In this document: positions 28,629-38,083 of the stretch, piece after piece
Numbering within the stretch: position 1 is the first letter of the stretch
How the letters are laid out: each line of letters starts with the position of its first letter
NCBI GenBank assembly: GCA_964548195.1
Contig: CAZJQC010000001.1
Coordinates: forward strand, 1 to 64,000
DNA length: 64,000 nucleotides
Reading direction: 5' to 3'
Source of the DNA: an uncultured bacterium
Lineage (GTDB): Bacteria > Macinerneyibacteriota > Macinerneyibacteria > Macinerneyibacteriales > DSCS01
Program-made: the position numbers and the translations under genes
Notes under the pieces: model-generated
Database searches by the model: none
The model's input: only the letters and a program-made list of their open reading frames with translations
Told to the model about the DNA's origin: nothing

Positions 28629-29487
28629 GATATTCTTCCTTTTGCGGCTCGGCATCAGAAACACATTCCGCCATAGAGAGACCGCCGCTCCCCTGATCAT
28701 CTCCATGTTTGTGCTCATCACGATCAACCTCATGGTGCTTTCGGCCCGGAACAATATCGCCTCGTCGCTGAAATTGTTCACGGAAAAAGCCGTCATGGAG
28801 ATCATACTTGAAAAGGGCACGGAACAGGAGCCTATAGCCGCGCTGATCGAGACGGTCAGAAACAACGATACCGTGAACATCGACAGCATAGTATTCAAAG
28901 ACGAGACTCAAAACCTGAAGGAGTTTATCGAGACAGACCCCGACCTTGCAGCCGCCGTGGAGATGCTTGAACAAAATCCGCTGCCGCCGACGGTCACTCT
29001 TGGTTTAAGGATGACCCCCGACACGCTCAAAGGGATCGACCGCATGGCCTCGGATCTGCGCAAGATCGGCTATGTAAAGGAGGTCATCTATCCCGGAAGA
29101 TGGTTCGGCAAGCTGAACAAGGGGCTGGAACTGGCGGAATACTTCTTCGCGGCCATAATAGCCTCCCTGCTCCTTGTGACCTGGCTGCTCTGGATCTCCA
29201 TATTCAGGACATCCATATATTCAGTGCGGGACGAAATAGAGATCATGGAGACCGTGGGCGGCACGCGCCTCTACATACGCACACCCTTTTACGTCGAGAC
29301 GTTCATCTATGCCGCCGTATCGTTCTCGGCATCCTTCATATTCCTGAAATCCCTGTCCGTTCCGGTGAGAGGGCTGCTTCCCGAGCTTGTGTTGCTCAGC
29401 GAACACCAGCTTTACATTTCCGCAGCAGTGACCCTGCTTCTGGCCATGCTGGGAACGGAGAAAGCCATCAACAGGATACTGCGGTGA
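28621..29487 (+). CDS. ftsX: Cell division permease FtsX
   Basis: TM helix, periplasmic domain with NPLP, EIEIMETVGGT..YIRTPFYVE. Follows ftsE. Confidence 0.9.
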   Translation: MNRIFFLLRLGIRNTFRHRETAAPLIISMFVLITINLMVLSARNNIASSLKLFTEKAVMEIILEKGTEQEPIAALIETVRNNDTVNIDSIVFKDETQNLKEFIETDPDLAAAVEMLEQNPLPPTVTLGLRMTPDTLKGIDRMASDLRKIGYVKEVIYPGRWFGKLNKGLELAEYFFAAIIASLLLVTWLLWISIFRTSIYSVRDEIEIMETVGGTRLYIRTPFYVETFIYAAVSFSASFIFLKSLSVPVRGLLPELVLLSEHQLYISAAVTLLLAMLGTEKAINRILR

Positions 29488-30632
29488 AAAGACTTTTTTT
29501 ATTGCTGTTTCTCTTCGCATCCCTTATGGCTCCGATGAAAAGCGAAAACGTGGACTCGCGCATCAGGGAAAAGCAAAAAGAGCTTGAGGACATCGACCGG
29601 CAGCTGGCTGAAAGCGAGGAGAAATACCGGTATTTCGGACAGCGCGAAGGCTCGCTTCTTCAGGAACTGCGCAAGATACAGGACCGCATCGAATCAACCT
29701 CCAGAGACAAGGCCTCGGCCTCGGCCAACATGAAGAAACTGGAAAAAGACCTCAACGGCCTCAACAGCGAGATAGAAGACCTTGAGGAAAAAAAAGCCAG
29801 GATAGACCGCATACTGGGAGCCGTCGTCCTGGACTCTTTCATGACAAAGATAAGGAACAACGCCTCGGGCCCCTCCCTCTCATCGGCAGTCAAAAGCGAG
29901 CGTTCGGAGATCATGCTTTCAAAGATCGGGGGGTTCAACTATTACATACTCAAAGAGACCGTGGACACCATCATATTGACCGCTCAAAAAGTGGACGCAA
30001 AGAACCGTTCTTTTGAAAGGTACCGCCTCAGTTATCTGGAAAAGAAGATCTCGGAAAAAAAACTGGCCGCCCTCGAAAAGGAGGAGAGCAACGCATTAGG
30101 GTCTATCAGGTCGAAAAAGGAATATTACGACCGCATCATCAAAGAACTCAAGTCCAGAAAAGAAGAGCTTAACGGCCTCATAAAAAATCTCGAAAAACGC
30201 GGGTCCCAGTTCTCATCTTCCGTGAGTTTCGCGGAACTCCGCGGCGGACTGATATGGCCGGCTTCCGGAACAATACACTCGTCCTTCGGCAAAAACGTGG
30301 ACAATACCTACAAGACCGTCACCACAAATGACGGAATAGACATAAAAACCGCCCCCGCAGGTCCGATCAGAGCCGTGGCAGGCGGCCGCGTAATCTATGC
30401 CCAGCCTTTCAAAAGCTTCGGGCGCATGATCATACTGGATCACGGCGACAATTACTACACAATATACGCAAACTTATCAGAGTCTTCTGTCAGAAAGGGG
30501 CAGCTCGTGACCTCCAATCAGCAGTTGGGCACGGCAGCCAGGGACCCCCTGTCCGGGGTGCCGCTTCTTCATTTCGAGCTCAGACACGGTTCCGAACCGC
30601 TTTCGCCGCTTTCATGGCTCTCCGGCAGATGA
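29484..30632 (+). CDS. envC: Murein hydrolase activator EnvC (coiled coil + degenerate M23 domain)
   Basis: GTG start overlapping the ftsX stop, signal peptide, long coiled coil, LIWPASG, NDGIDI, IYANL, LHFELR. Confidence 0.85.
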   Translation: MKRLFLLLFLFASLMAPMKSENVDSRIREKQKELEDIDRQLAESEEKYRYFGQREGSLLQELRKIQDRIESTSRDKASASANMKKLEKDLNGLNSEIEDLEEKKARIDRILGAVVLDSFMTKIRNNASGPSLSSAVKSERSEIMLSKIGGFNYYILKETVDTIILTAQKVDAKNRSFERYRLSYLEKKISEKKLAALEKEESNALGSIRSKKEYYDRIIKELKSRKEELNGLIKNLEKRGSQFSSSVSFAELRGGLIWPASGTIHSSFGKNVDNTYKTVTTNDGIDIKTAPAGPIRAVAGGRVIYAQPFKSFGRMIILDHGDNYYTIYANLSESSVRKGQLVTSNQQLGTAARDPLSGVPLLHFELRHGSEPLSPLSWLSGR

Positions 30633-30658
30633 AACAATTCCCCACCTTGCGTTGTCAA
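30630..30658 (+). promoter_or_regulatory. Putative ECF-sigma promoter
   Basis: TGAAAC-N17-TGTCAA upstream of the DUF4097 gene. Confidence 0.6.
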
Positions 30659-30685
30659 ATAGATAACTCATGAAAGGAGAACACT

Positions 30686-32152
30686 ATGACAAAAAAAATA
30701 TCGGTATTGGCCTTGTTAATGATTTTTGCAGTCGCATTTTCCATGGCGGCCACATCTACAATAAATCTTTCAAAAGGCACATTCGACCTTGTCTTTGAGA
30801 ATATCGGCGACATCGAACAAATCAGTTTTGAAAAGGGCGACCAGATGATAGTGAAGAACAGCGGAGGAGTCAAAGTCGCACGCAGCGGGAAAAAGATCAC
30901 AATAACCGGGAGCGGCTCCTCAACGGTGATCACTGAGATCGTCTTCCCCGAAAAAAGAAAGTTCGTGACAAAGAACGACGACGATGTGATCACTTTTTCC
31001 GACACAGAGGTGAAAGTAGAATCCGACGGAGGCACCTCGATCATAGAAAAGACAAGCAAAGGGCTGTATCTTCGCGATGAAGACAACGTCATAAAGATCA
31101 GCGGCAAAGAGATAAGCGTGGATTCCGGCGACAACAAAGTCCGGCTTTCGGACAAAGGCATCATCATAACAGATGAGGGCAATGAGATCAACCTGGGCAT
31201 TATCGGCAAACTGATCAGCAAGTTCACAAAATCCATAGTCATAAAGACCGTGAACAAAAACCTGGAAAACACCGACATCCTTGTCGGCTCGCTGAACGAC
31301 ATAATCAATGACAGAAACATAAACATGAATTACAAATTTATCGGCACGGGGGACCAGAGCGCCGTCTCTCCGGAGATCGCCGAATATGTTTATGACTCGG
31401 TGGATACAATAGACATGGACCTCGTCTCTTCCGACATAGTGTTTTTAAAAAGCGACGACGGCAAGACACATCTTAAAATAGTGAAGAAACACGTGCCCGA
31501 AAAGGGATATAAGATCAAGATCGACCAAAGCGGACGCACGCTCTCCGTATCCGAGGAGATAACCAAATCGGTGATACGCCTTTCGGTGAAATTTTTCCTT
31601 TACGTGCCGGAGATGCGGGAGATAAAGCTTCATACGACATCCGGCGATGTGCTGCTTAAAGCCGTGCAATCCGGCCGCACTATCTTTTCAAGCACAAGCG
31701 GCGGAATAACCGTTTTCGATCTTAAGGGTGCTGATATGAATATTCAGACCACCAGCGGCGATTTTTTCCTGAAGGACATCGTTTTAAAAGACGACATACA
31801 GTCCTCTTCGGTGAGCGGCGACGGCAAGATCATGACCCTTAAAGCGGCGGATGTGGTCGCCCACTCCACCAGCGGCGACCTCAAGGGCGAAGATATTTCG
31901 GCAAAGACCATCATCATCACAACGGTAAGCGGAGACATGCTGTTCGCCGGTCTAAAGACCGGAGAGATGACGTTCAAATCCACCAGCGGCGACCTGAAAG
32001 CCGATGATTCGGAGATCGACAGTTTTTCCGGCAGCTCCGTCAGCGGTGATGCGTTTTTCTCAAACTCAAAGGTAAACACGCGTAAATTCAGTTCGGTCTC
32101 AGGCTCCATGGAAGTCAGCGTGGCATCCAAAACAGCTGTAAAAGCCGGATGA
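30686..32152 (+). CDS. Exported DUF4097 (beta-strand repeat, adhesin-like) protein
   Basis: Signal peptide. C-terminal TTSGD/STSGD/SVSGD units repeated every ~20 aa. Confidence 0.85.
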   Translation: MTKKISVLALLMIFAVAFSMAATSTINLSKGTFDLVFENIGDIEQISFEKGDQMIVKNSGGVKVARSGKKITITGSGSSTVITEIVFPEKRKFVTKNDDDVITFSDTEVKVESDGGTSIIEKTSKGLYLRDEDNVIKISGKEISVDSGDNKVRLSDKGIIITDEGNEINLGIIGKLISKFTKSIVIKTVNKNLENTDILVGSLNDIINDRNINMNYKFIGTGDQSAVSPEIAEYVYDSVDTIDMDLVSSDIVFLKSDDGKTHLKIVKKHVPEKGYKIKIDQSGRTLSVSEEITKSVIRLSVKFFLYVPEMREIKLHTTSGDVLLKAVQSGRTIFSSTSGGITVFDLKGADMNIQTTSGDFFLKDIVLKDDIQSSSVSGDGKIMTLKAADVVAHSTSGDLKGEDISAKTIIITTVSGDMLFAGLKTGEMTFKSTSGDLKADDSEIDSFSGSSVSGDAFFSNSKVNTRKFSSVSGSMEVSVASKTAVKAG

Positions 32153-32172
32153 TTTCTTTATAGAGTATTCGT

Positions 32173-32206
32173 AAAAAAGCCCGCGGCTCACACCGCGGGT
32201 TTTTTT
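32173..32206 (+). terminator. Intrinsic terminator
   Basis: AAAAAAGCCCGCGG-CTCACA-CCGCGGGTTTTTTT. Confidence 0.85.
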
Positions 32207-32254
32207 ATTCCCCTGGCGCCGTGATTCTGCTAATATTCACTGGAAGGGATCGTT

Positions 32255-32896
32255 ATGGAGTATTTCAAAAAGATGTGGCTTAAGTATAACGGCGTCAGCA
32301 TGCTGCTGCCGGGGGGCTCGCCCCTAAAAAAACAGCAGGAGGCCGTCGACTCATGCAGGGCGTGTCCCTACGGAGAGAAAAGAAACAAATGCGTGTTCGG
32401 CGAAGGCCCCGCGGACGCCGCCATCATGTTCGTGGGAGAGGGGCCGGGCAAAGACGAGGATCTTACCGGACGCCCCTTTGTCGGAAGAGCCGGAAAACTG
32501 TTGACAAAAATACTGGAGGAAACAGGGATCGGACGCGCAAACGTATATATCGCAAATATTGTCAAATGCAGGCCCTTCAACAACGAAAACCCGAGCCCCG
32601 AATCCGTGTCAAGCTGCCTCCCTTTCCTGGAGGCTCAGATCAGCGCCATAAGGCCCCGTGTTGTCGTAACGCTGGGGAAAGTGCCCGGCACAATACTGTC
32701 AGGCAAAAAGGACATCAAAATAACCAGGGAACACGGCAGCACCGGCAAATACGGCGAAACCGACCTGTTGTTCACCTTTCATCCGTCTTTCCTTGTCCGT
32801 CCCAACGGCGCGGCCTGGATCGAGGCGTTTAAGGATGACCTCGTCGAAGCCGCGCGCATGGCAGGCATCGTTTTAGAAGGCAAAACTCAGGGATAG
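32255..32896 (+). CDS. Uracil-DNA glycosylase, family 4 (4Fe-4S)
   Basis: CRAC, VFGEG, FVGEGPG..ED..GRPFVGRAG, NIVKCRP, TFHPS. Confidence 0.93.
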   Translation: MEYFKKMWLKYNGVSMLLPGGSPLKKQQEAVDSCRACPYGEKRNKCVFGEGPADAAIMFVGEGPGKDEDLTGRPFVGRAGKLLTKILEETGIGRANVYIANIVKCRPFNNENPSPESVSSCLPFLEAQISAIRPRVVVTLGKVPGTILSGKKDIKITREHGSTGKYGETDLLFTFHPSFLVRPNGAAWIEAFKDDLVEAARMAGIVLEGKTQG

Positions 32897-35167
32897 ACCC
32901 ACCCTTTTATATGAATAATCATAGAGGTCTATCTCTTCAAAACGCAGTTCATATTCGTCGTAAAAGGCAATAAGCTTCAGCCCTTCAACGCCCAGTCCGG
33001 TAAAATACCTCACGCCCCGCTTGTATCTGAAATAATCCATGGATACTCCCGCGACGGAATCCTCTCCCCGGAACTCCTTTCTGACATAGTCAAAACTGAG
33101 GTCGCTGCCGTCTGCGAATCTGTATATCAGCTCCAGTGAACCCCCGTATTCGGCCGTGTCACTGTCCACAAAATCAAAGTCGGTTATAAGGTCGCGGAAC
33201 ATCATGTTTTCGCGCTGTTCATACAAACTGTCCGCGTCCCGGGTGACCAGGGCGGTAAGATGCAGTTTCCCCCACAATCCCTTGTAGAGTTTCGCGGAAT
33301 ACCTGCCGTCAAAAGAGTATTTTGTCGTCACATCATCGCCGCCGAAGACGAAACTGCCCGTGCGCGGCGAATACCAGACCGGTTTTGAGCGGTCAATATG
33401 TTCCACGGAAGCCTTGACAAATCCGTTTTCATATCCGGCAAAGTACGCAGTCACGACGGAATCTTTGGGCTCCGGCACGATGACCAGGTCATCATCTTTG
33501 TCCCCGGTGCGCGAGATCCTTCCCGTAAAACCCCGGTATTTCTCTGTGAGGCTGATCGCGGTAAAGACCCTGCCGTCGTCTATCCCCTCGCCGTAATATC
33601 TGTATTCATTGCCTGAAGAAGCGTAATAAGGCACATAGAATATGTCATAAGAGGCGTATTCCGGATTTCTTTTGTAATCGCTTTCAAGGTCCTTGTATCT
33701 GACAAATTCCACTGTGTGCTCCGTTATGAACTCGGCGGAGAGAGAGGCAGACACGCCTTCCGTCCCCATGGGGTGTCCCTCCTCCTCATGGTTCCACAAA
33801 AAATCTCCGTCGCTGTCCTCATACAGCTTCCACTTGTCCCTCAAAGAGAGTATGTTGGGAAGATAATCCGCGCCCAGCCTGAAATAAGATATCTTGCCGC
33901 TGAGATACTCCCCGGAATAATCCGCTTCAGCCAGTTGGATGAAATCCCGTTCTCTGTCCTCATAGAGATAATCGTCGGGCACCGCCTTTGATATGGCATA
34001 CTGCCATGCCACTGTAAGGCATCCGGTGCCAAATCCCGCGTTGAAGGACCAGATGTTGCTGTCAAAAGGCCCGGTAAGGCCCGGGGTGTTCTCAACCGAA
34101 TGGGTGTCATTGTGGAGATCCACATAGGACACGCCGGCATTGAACCCGCCCAAAAAAGTCTTCTGTATATTAAAGGCGTTTATATACATCTGCTGCTGCG
34201 CTTTATCGCCTTCCTCGTCATACACGATGGTGATCCGTTCCGTATCGGGAGTCAGTACCGCGTACGGTATGATGACATCGCTATGGGTGACCTCACATTG
34301 AGCCGTTATGTCCTCCATCTCCGTGGCTCCGCCCGTCCCCCTGTAGGCATAGACCCACACGGGGATGTCCGTTACCTCAAAATAATTGTACGGCTCGGGA
34401 AAATGATATATGACGTCTTTTTCCCGCGTCCACTGGGAGGCGTTTATGTTCACGGTGCCGGTATCCCCCGATGTCAGGAAATCCAGAGGCATGTCCGGGC
34501 GTCCCGCGACAAACTCGACATCCGCGCCCCCTATCCGGGTGCGTATGTCAATACCCGGTATGGCCGTGTTGCGTTTGTCAAAAGTATATATGCCGAAAAA
34601 CGGGGATATCTTTCCCACCGCGAGATACGTGCCCTTATCGAACACAAACTCCGCCTTGTCAAAAGAGGCCCCGGTCCCTTCGGCTTCAAGGCTTTCCCCC
34701 GTGCTAAGACTGAATGAGGCCTTCATGCTCAAGCCCCCCAGGTCTTTGTTCACGTATACCTTAAGGCTGTCCCTGAAAGAGCCCTTTCTATATATGTAGT
34801 CGTCGGACTGAAGCAGGGTATTGTTGAACGTCCTGTTGTAGTTGTTGCCCTCAAAAAACACATCCCGGCGCCCCTCCGGAAACCCTTCCCGTCCGTAAAA
34901 GACATCGATGTCATGCAGCGTTGCCGTGTTGACAAAGTGTATGCCGTCTTCCGAAGGTTCGGCCGCAAGATCATCGTATGAGAGCTCCCAATCAAAATCG
35001 TATCGTTCTGCCCAGCGGTCCAGCGTGTCCCTCCGGCTGTTTTCAGTCATATCAAGCGTAGCGTCCCATTTCTCGTAAAACCTGTTGTCAAGGAACAGAT
35101 CAGCCCCCGCCGCGCTGAGGAAGCAGAACAGCAGCAGCGCCGCCTGGATCAAAACATGTCTTCTCAC
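32873..35167 (-). CDS. Putative outer-membrane beta-barrel protein, unknown function
   Basis: Signal peptide, Tyr/Asp/Gly-rich alternating strands, C-terminal VGLSLSFAF beta-signal. Confidence 0.65.
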   Translation of the reverse strand: MRRHVLIQAALLLFCFLSAAGADLFLDNRFYEKWDATLDMTENSRRDTLDRWAERYDFDWELSYDDLAAEPSEDGIHFVNTATLHDIDVFYGREGFPEGRRDVFFEGNNYNRTFNNTLLQSDDYIYRKGSFRDSLKVYVNKDLGGLSMKASFSLSTGESLEAEGTGASFDKAEFVFDKGTYLAVGKISPFFGIYTFDKRNTAIPGIDIRTRIGGADVEFVAGRPDMPLDFLTSGDTGTVNINASQWTREKDVIYHFPEPYNYFEVTDIPVWVYAYRGTGGATEMEDITAQCEVTHSDVIIPYAVLTPDTERITIVYDEEGDKAQQQMYINAFNIQKTFLGGFNAGVSYVDLHNDTHSVENTPGLTGPFDSNIWSFNAGFGTGCLTVAWQYAISKAVPDDYLYEDRERDFIQLAEADYSGEYLSGKISYFRLGADYLPNILSLRDKWKLYEDSDGDFLWNHEEEGHPMGTEGVSASLSAEFITEHTVEFVRYKDLESDYKRNPEYASYDIFYVPYYASSGNEYRYYGEGIDDGRVFTAISLTEKYRGFTGRISRTGDKDDDLVIVPEPKDSVVTAYFAGYENGFVKASVEHIDRSKPVWYSPRTGSFVFGGDDVTTKYSFDGRYSAKLYKGLWGKLHLTALVTRDADSLYEQRENMMFRDLITDFDFVDSDTAEYGGSLELIYRFADGSDLSFDYVRKEFRGEDSVAGVSMDYFRYKRGVRYFTGLGVEGLKLIAFYDEYELRFEEIDLYDYSYKRVGLSLSFAF

Positions 35168-35168
35168 T

Positions 35169-36215
35169 TCATTCCCCTGTCTTTTTCAATATGCGTTCGA
35201 TATTGACCCTGAGCAGCGCGTCAAGCTTGTTGATAAACGGCCATTTTCTCCCGGAGGGATAAAAAAGAAGCGCATCGATCAGAACGACCTTCCCGTCTTT
35301 TTTAAACACATATGTCACAAACGGCCCGCCATTCATGGCCTCGTCATTTTCCCACAATCCGTATAGTTTGCTTACCTCCGCGCCGTCGACATCAAAGACC
35401 TCAAAACCCTGGAAATAATGGTCTTCCGGCGATTCAGCCGCCCAGGAAAAATACTCTTCGAACACCTTGTCGCCTTTATAGTGGGCGTCCGTGACGCTGT
35501 TTCTCAAGGCGATCATCTTTTTCATGGAGAGGGGGGCGCCGTCATCCTCAAGCTCGGCCACGGCGATCAGCCGGTCGGGAGTCCTGGTCACAAAACTGAT
35601 GAACTTCTCCTCCGCCTTGAATATATTATACCGGGCGGGCACATACATGGGAAAACCGAAACGGTTTTCAACGGATTTTGAAAAAGCGCCTTTCATGCGC
35701 TCCGACATGACGCCAGCCATGATACGCTGCGCGATATAGTCATACAAGACCTTGTGCGCGTCCCTTATCGAGGATGCCACCGTTTCCTTCTCGTACGACG
35801 CTCCGTTTACCAGGATAAAAAGGACACTCTGCCCGGGTACCCACACGTCCTTTTCGTGAGCGACGGATATGCCCTTCACGCCGTTTATCAGCTTGTCCCC
35901 AAGGGCATCCCGTAAAAACACGGTCACGGGGTCCTCTGTGGATATATCATCTATCATGACGATATTCTTGTTTTTTCTGAAATTGGCGAATTGCCCCATT
36001 TCCCTTTTTTTTATCTCAAAAACCGGTTCGGTATGTGTAAAGACCAGCGGATAGGACAGCTCCTCTTCGATGACATCGCCGTATTTCGCGTAAAAGCCCT
36101 CGTCCGAAAACAGCGCTATGTCATATTCCCTGCCCAATGTGGAAAATCTGTGGGTCACACCCGAACAGGAAAAAAGCATGGCCGCAGCCAGCACAACAAG
36201 AAACAACCTTTTCAT
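35169..36215 (-). CDS. DUF4837-like lipoprotein
   Basis: Lipobox LFSC, EPVF, DVW..GQ, RNSVT, YGLWE, GGPFVTY, FYPSGRK. Confidence 0.75.
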   Translation of the reverse strand: MKRLFLVVLAAAMLFSCSGVTHRFSTLGREYDIALFSDEGFYAKYGDVIEEELSYPLVFTHTEPVFEIKKREMGQFANFRKNKNIVMIDDISTEDPVTVFLRDALGDKLINGVKGISVAHEKDVWVPGQSVLFILVNGASYEKETVASSIRDAHKVLYDYIAQRIMAGVMSERMKGAFSKSVENRFGFPMYVPARYNIFKAEEKFISFVTRTPDRLIAVAELEDDGAPLSMKKMIALRNSVTDAHYKGDKVFEEYFSWAAESPEDHYFQGFEVFDVDGAEVSKLYGLWENDEAMNGGPFVTYVFKKDGKVVLIDALLFYPSGRKWPFINKLDALLRVNIERILKKTGE

Positions 36216-36346
36216 AACGACCTCCAATCGTTTAAATTCTATTGTCTGTGTGTCAAAAATCAAGTCATTTATTCTGCACTCCCTTCTTGAAAGACATGGA
36301 TTTTTCGGCTATAATAACATCAAATCCAATAACTACGGAGGTAACT

Positions 36347-36643
36347 ATGGATAAGAAAGGTTTTTTTGGCGCATTGTTAGATTTTTCGTTCACTGAATTT
36401 ATCACAACAAAATTGATCAAGCTGCTGTACATCCTGGCACTGATAGGCATCGCCCTCGGCGCATTGGGAATCATCATCGGCGGTTTCTCAAGCGGTTTCG
36501 CCGCAGGCCTTCTGGCTCTGCTTATCGGCGCCCCCCTGTTTATACTTTTTTCAACGATCATGACAAGGGTATGGCTTGAGATCCTCGTGGTGCTTTTCAG
36601 ACTGTATGAGAACGTAAGAAGCATCAACGAAAAAACAAAATAA
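36347..36643 (+). CDS. DUF4282-like membrane protein
   Basis: LLDFSFTEFITTKLIKLLY...RVWLE..VVLFR. GGAGG RBS. TTGAAA-17-TATAAT upstream. Confidence 0.85.
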   Translation: MDKKGFFGALLDFSFTEFITTKLIKLLYILALIGIALGALGIIIGGFSSGFAAGLLALLIGAPLFILFSTIMTRVWLEILVVLFRLYENVRSINEKTK

Positions 36644-36656
36644 GCGTCAGCATGTT

Positions 36657-36690
36657 AAGGGGCGCTTTCCAGCGCCCCTTCTTTATTTTA
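36657..36690 (+). terminator. Intrinsic terminator
   Basis: AAGGGGCGCT-TTCC-AGCGCCCCTT followed by a T-rich tail. Confidence 0.75.
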
Positions 36691-36746
36691 TTCTTGACCC
36701 CTTCCCGCTATGCACTAAAATCTCTCCGTAACACGAAAGGAGTCCC

Positions 36747-38033
36747 ATGGACAAAGTTCATAAACTTACAGACGACCTGCTGGATTTCATAAACAATTCC
36801 CCTACGGCCTTTCATGCCTCGGAGAACATAGCTGCGGCCCTTGAACGCAAAGGGTATGTCAGATTGCATGAGGAAGAGCGCTGGGAACTTTCAGCCGGCG
36901 GCCGCTATTATGTGATGCGCAACGATTCCGCCGTGATAGCCCTGGCATTGGGCACCGCAGCTGTCGCCGAACAGGGGTTCCGCATCATCGGCGCTCACAC
37001 CGACAGCCCGCTTATGAAGGTCAAACATGAAGCGGAGACAATATCGGGGAATTACGCCAGAGTCCCCGTGGAAGTGTACGGCGGCCCCATAATAAACACA
37101 TGGCTTGACCGCGAACTCTCGATCGCCGGACGCGTGATGCTGAGGGAGGATGGCCGCATCGTCTCCAAAAACGTGCGTATCAACAAACCGGTGGCCGTGA
37201 TACCGAACCTCGCCATACACATGAACAGGGATGTAAACAAAGGCGTCGAGCTGAACAAACAGAACCATCTTCCGGCGGTCATAGCTGCGGATGCGAAAGA
37301 CGCCAAAAAAGACATACTGAAATCTCTAATCTGCGACGAGACCGGTTTCCCCATGGAAAACATAGTGGATGCGGATCTCTTTCTCTTTGACGCCGCCCCC
37401 GGACTTTACACCGGAGCGCACGGCGAACTGATCACGGCTGGGCGTCTGGACGACCTTGCCATGTGCCACGCCATACTGCAGGCGCTGCCGGGCAAAAAGG
37501 CCCTTGCACAGCCGTGCATAGGCGTTTTTTACGATAATGAAGAAATAGGCAGCACCACGCGGCAGGGCGCGGATTCCTCTTTTCTGGCTGACCTGATGCT
37601 GCGCGTGAATTCCGCGCTCGGCGGCGACATACAGGACATGCAGATGGCAAACGCCCGCTCTTTCATGATATCGGGCGATATGGCCCACGCATTGCATCCA
37701 AACTTTGCCGACAAACACGACCCCTCATACGCGCCGAGAATAAACAGGGGGCCTGTTATCAAATTAAACGCCAATTTCCGGTATGCCACCACGGCGGACA
37801 CCGCCGCGGCCTTTGAGGCATTATGCCTGAAAGCCGGCGTGCCCTTCCAGCGGATGACAAACCGCTCGGACATACCTTCGGGAAGCACCATCGGCCCCGT
37901 AAGCTCATCACTTCTGGGCATACGCACGGTGGATGTCGGAAACCCGATGTGGGCAATGCATTCAATCAGAGAGACCTGCGGACTGCATGATCACTGGTAC
38001 ATGACGGAAGTCTTCAAAACATTTTTCTCGTGA
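36747..38033 (+). CDS. apeB: M18-family (aspartyl) aminopeptidase
   Basis: SPTAFHA, GAHTDSP, EVYGG, LAIH, RLDDL, DNEEIGS, DMAHA.HPN, GSTIGP, MHSIRE. Confidence 0.93.
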   Translation: MDKVHKLTDDLLDFINNSPTAFHASENIAAALERKGYVRLHEEERWELSAGGRYYVMRNDSAVIALALGTAAVAEQGFRIIGAHTDSPLMKVKHEAETISGNYARVPVEVYGGPIINTWLDRELSIAGRVMLREDGRIVSKNVRINKPVAVIPNLAIHMNRDVNKGVELNKQNHLPAVIAADAKDAKKDILKSLICDETGFPMENIVDADLFLFDAAPGLYTGAHGELITAGRLDDLAMCHAILQALPGKKALAQPCIGVFYDNEEIGSTTRQGADSSFLADLMLRVNSALGGDIQDMQMANARSFMISGDMAHALHPNFADKHDPSYAPRINRGPVIKLNANFRYATTADTAAAFEALCLKAGVPFQRMTNRSDIPSGSTIGPVSSSLLGIRTVDVGNPMWAMHSIRETCGLHDHWYMTEVFKTFFS

Positions 38034-38040
38034 CAATAAA

Positions 38041-38064
38041 TAAGGGCGGCCTTGGCCGCCCTTA
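38041..38064. terminator. Hairpin between convergent genes
   Basis: TAAGGGCGGCC-TT-GGCCGCCCTTA. Confidence 0.65.
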
Positions 38065-38083
38065 AATCCCCCGCAGGGACAGA

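Noticed and set aside
29484..30632. Degenerate M23 active site as a pseudogene sign
   Set aside because: Loss of zinc ligands is the normal state of EnvC-type activators next to ftsEX.
31630..32110. Repeated ACCAGCGGCGA-type DNA units
   Set aside because: They encode the TSGD protein repeats of DUF4097 and are not an independent DNA repeat.
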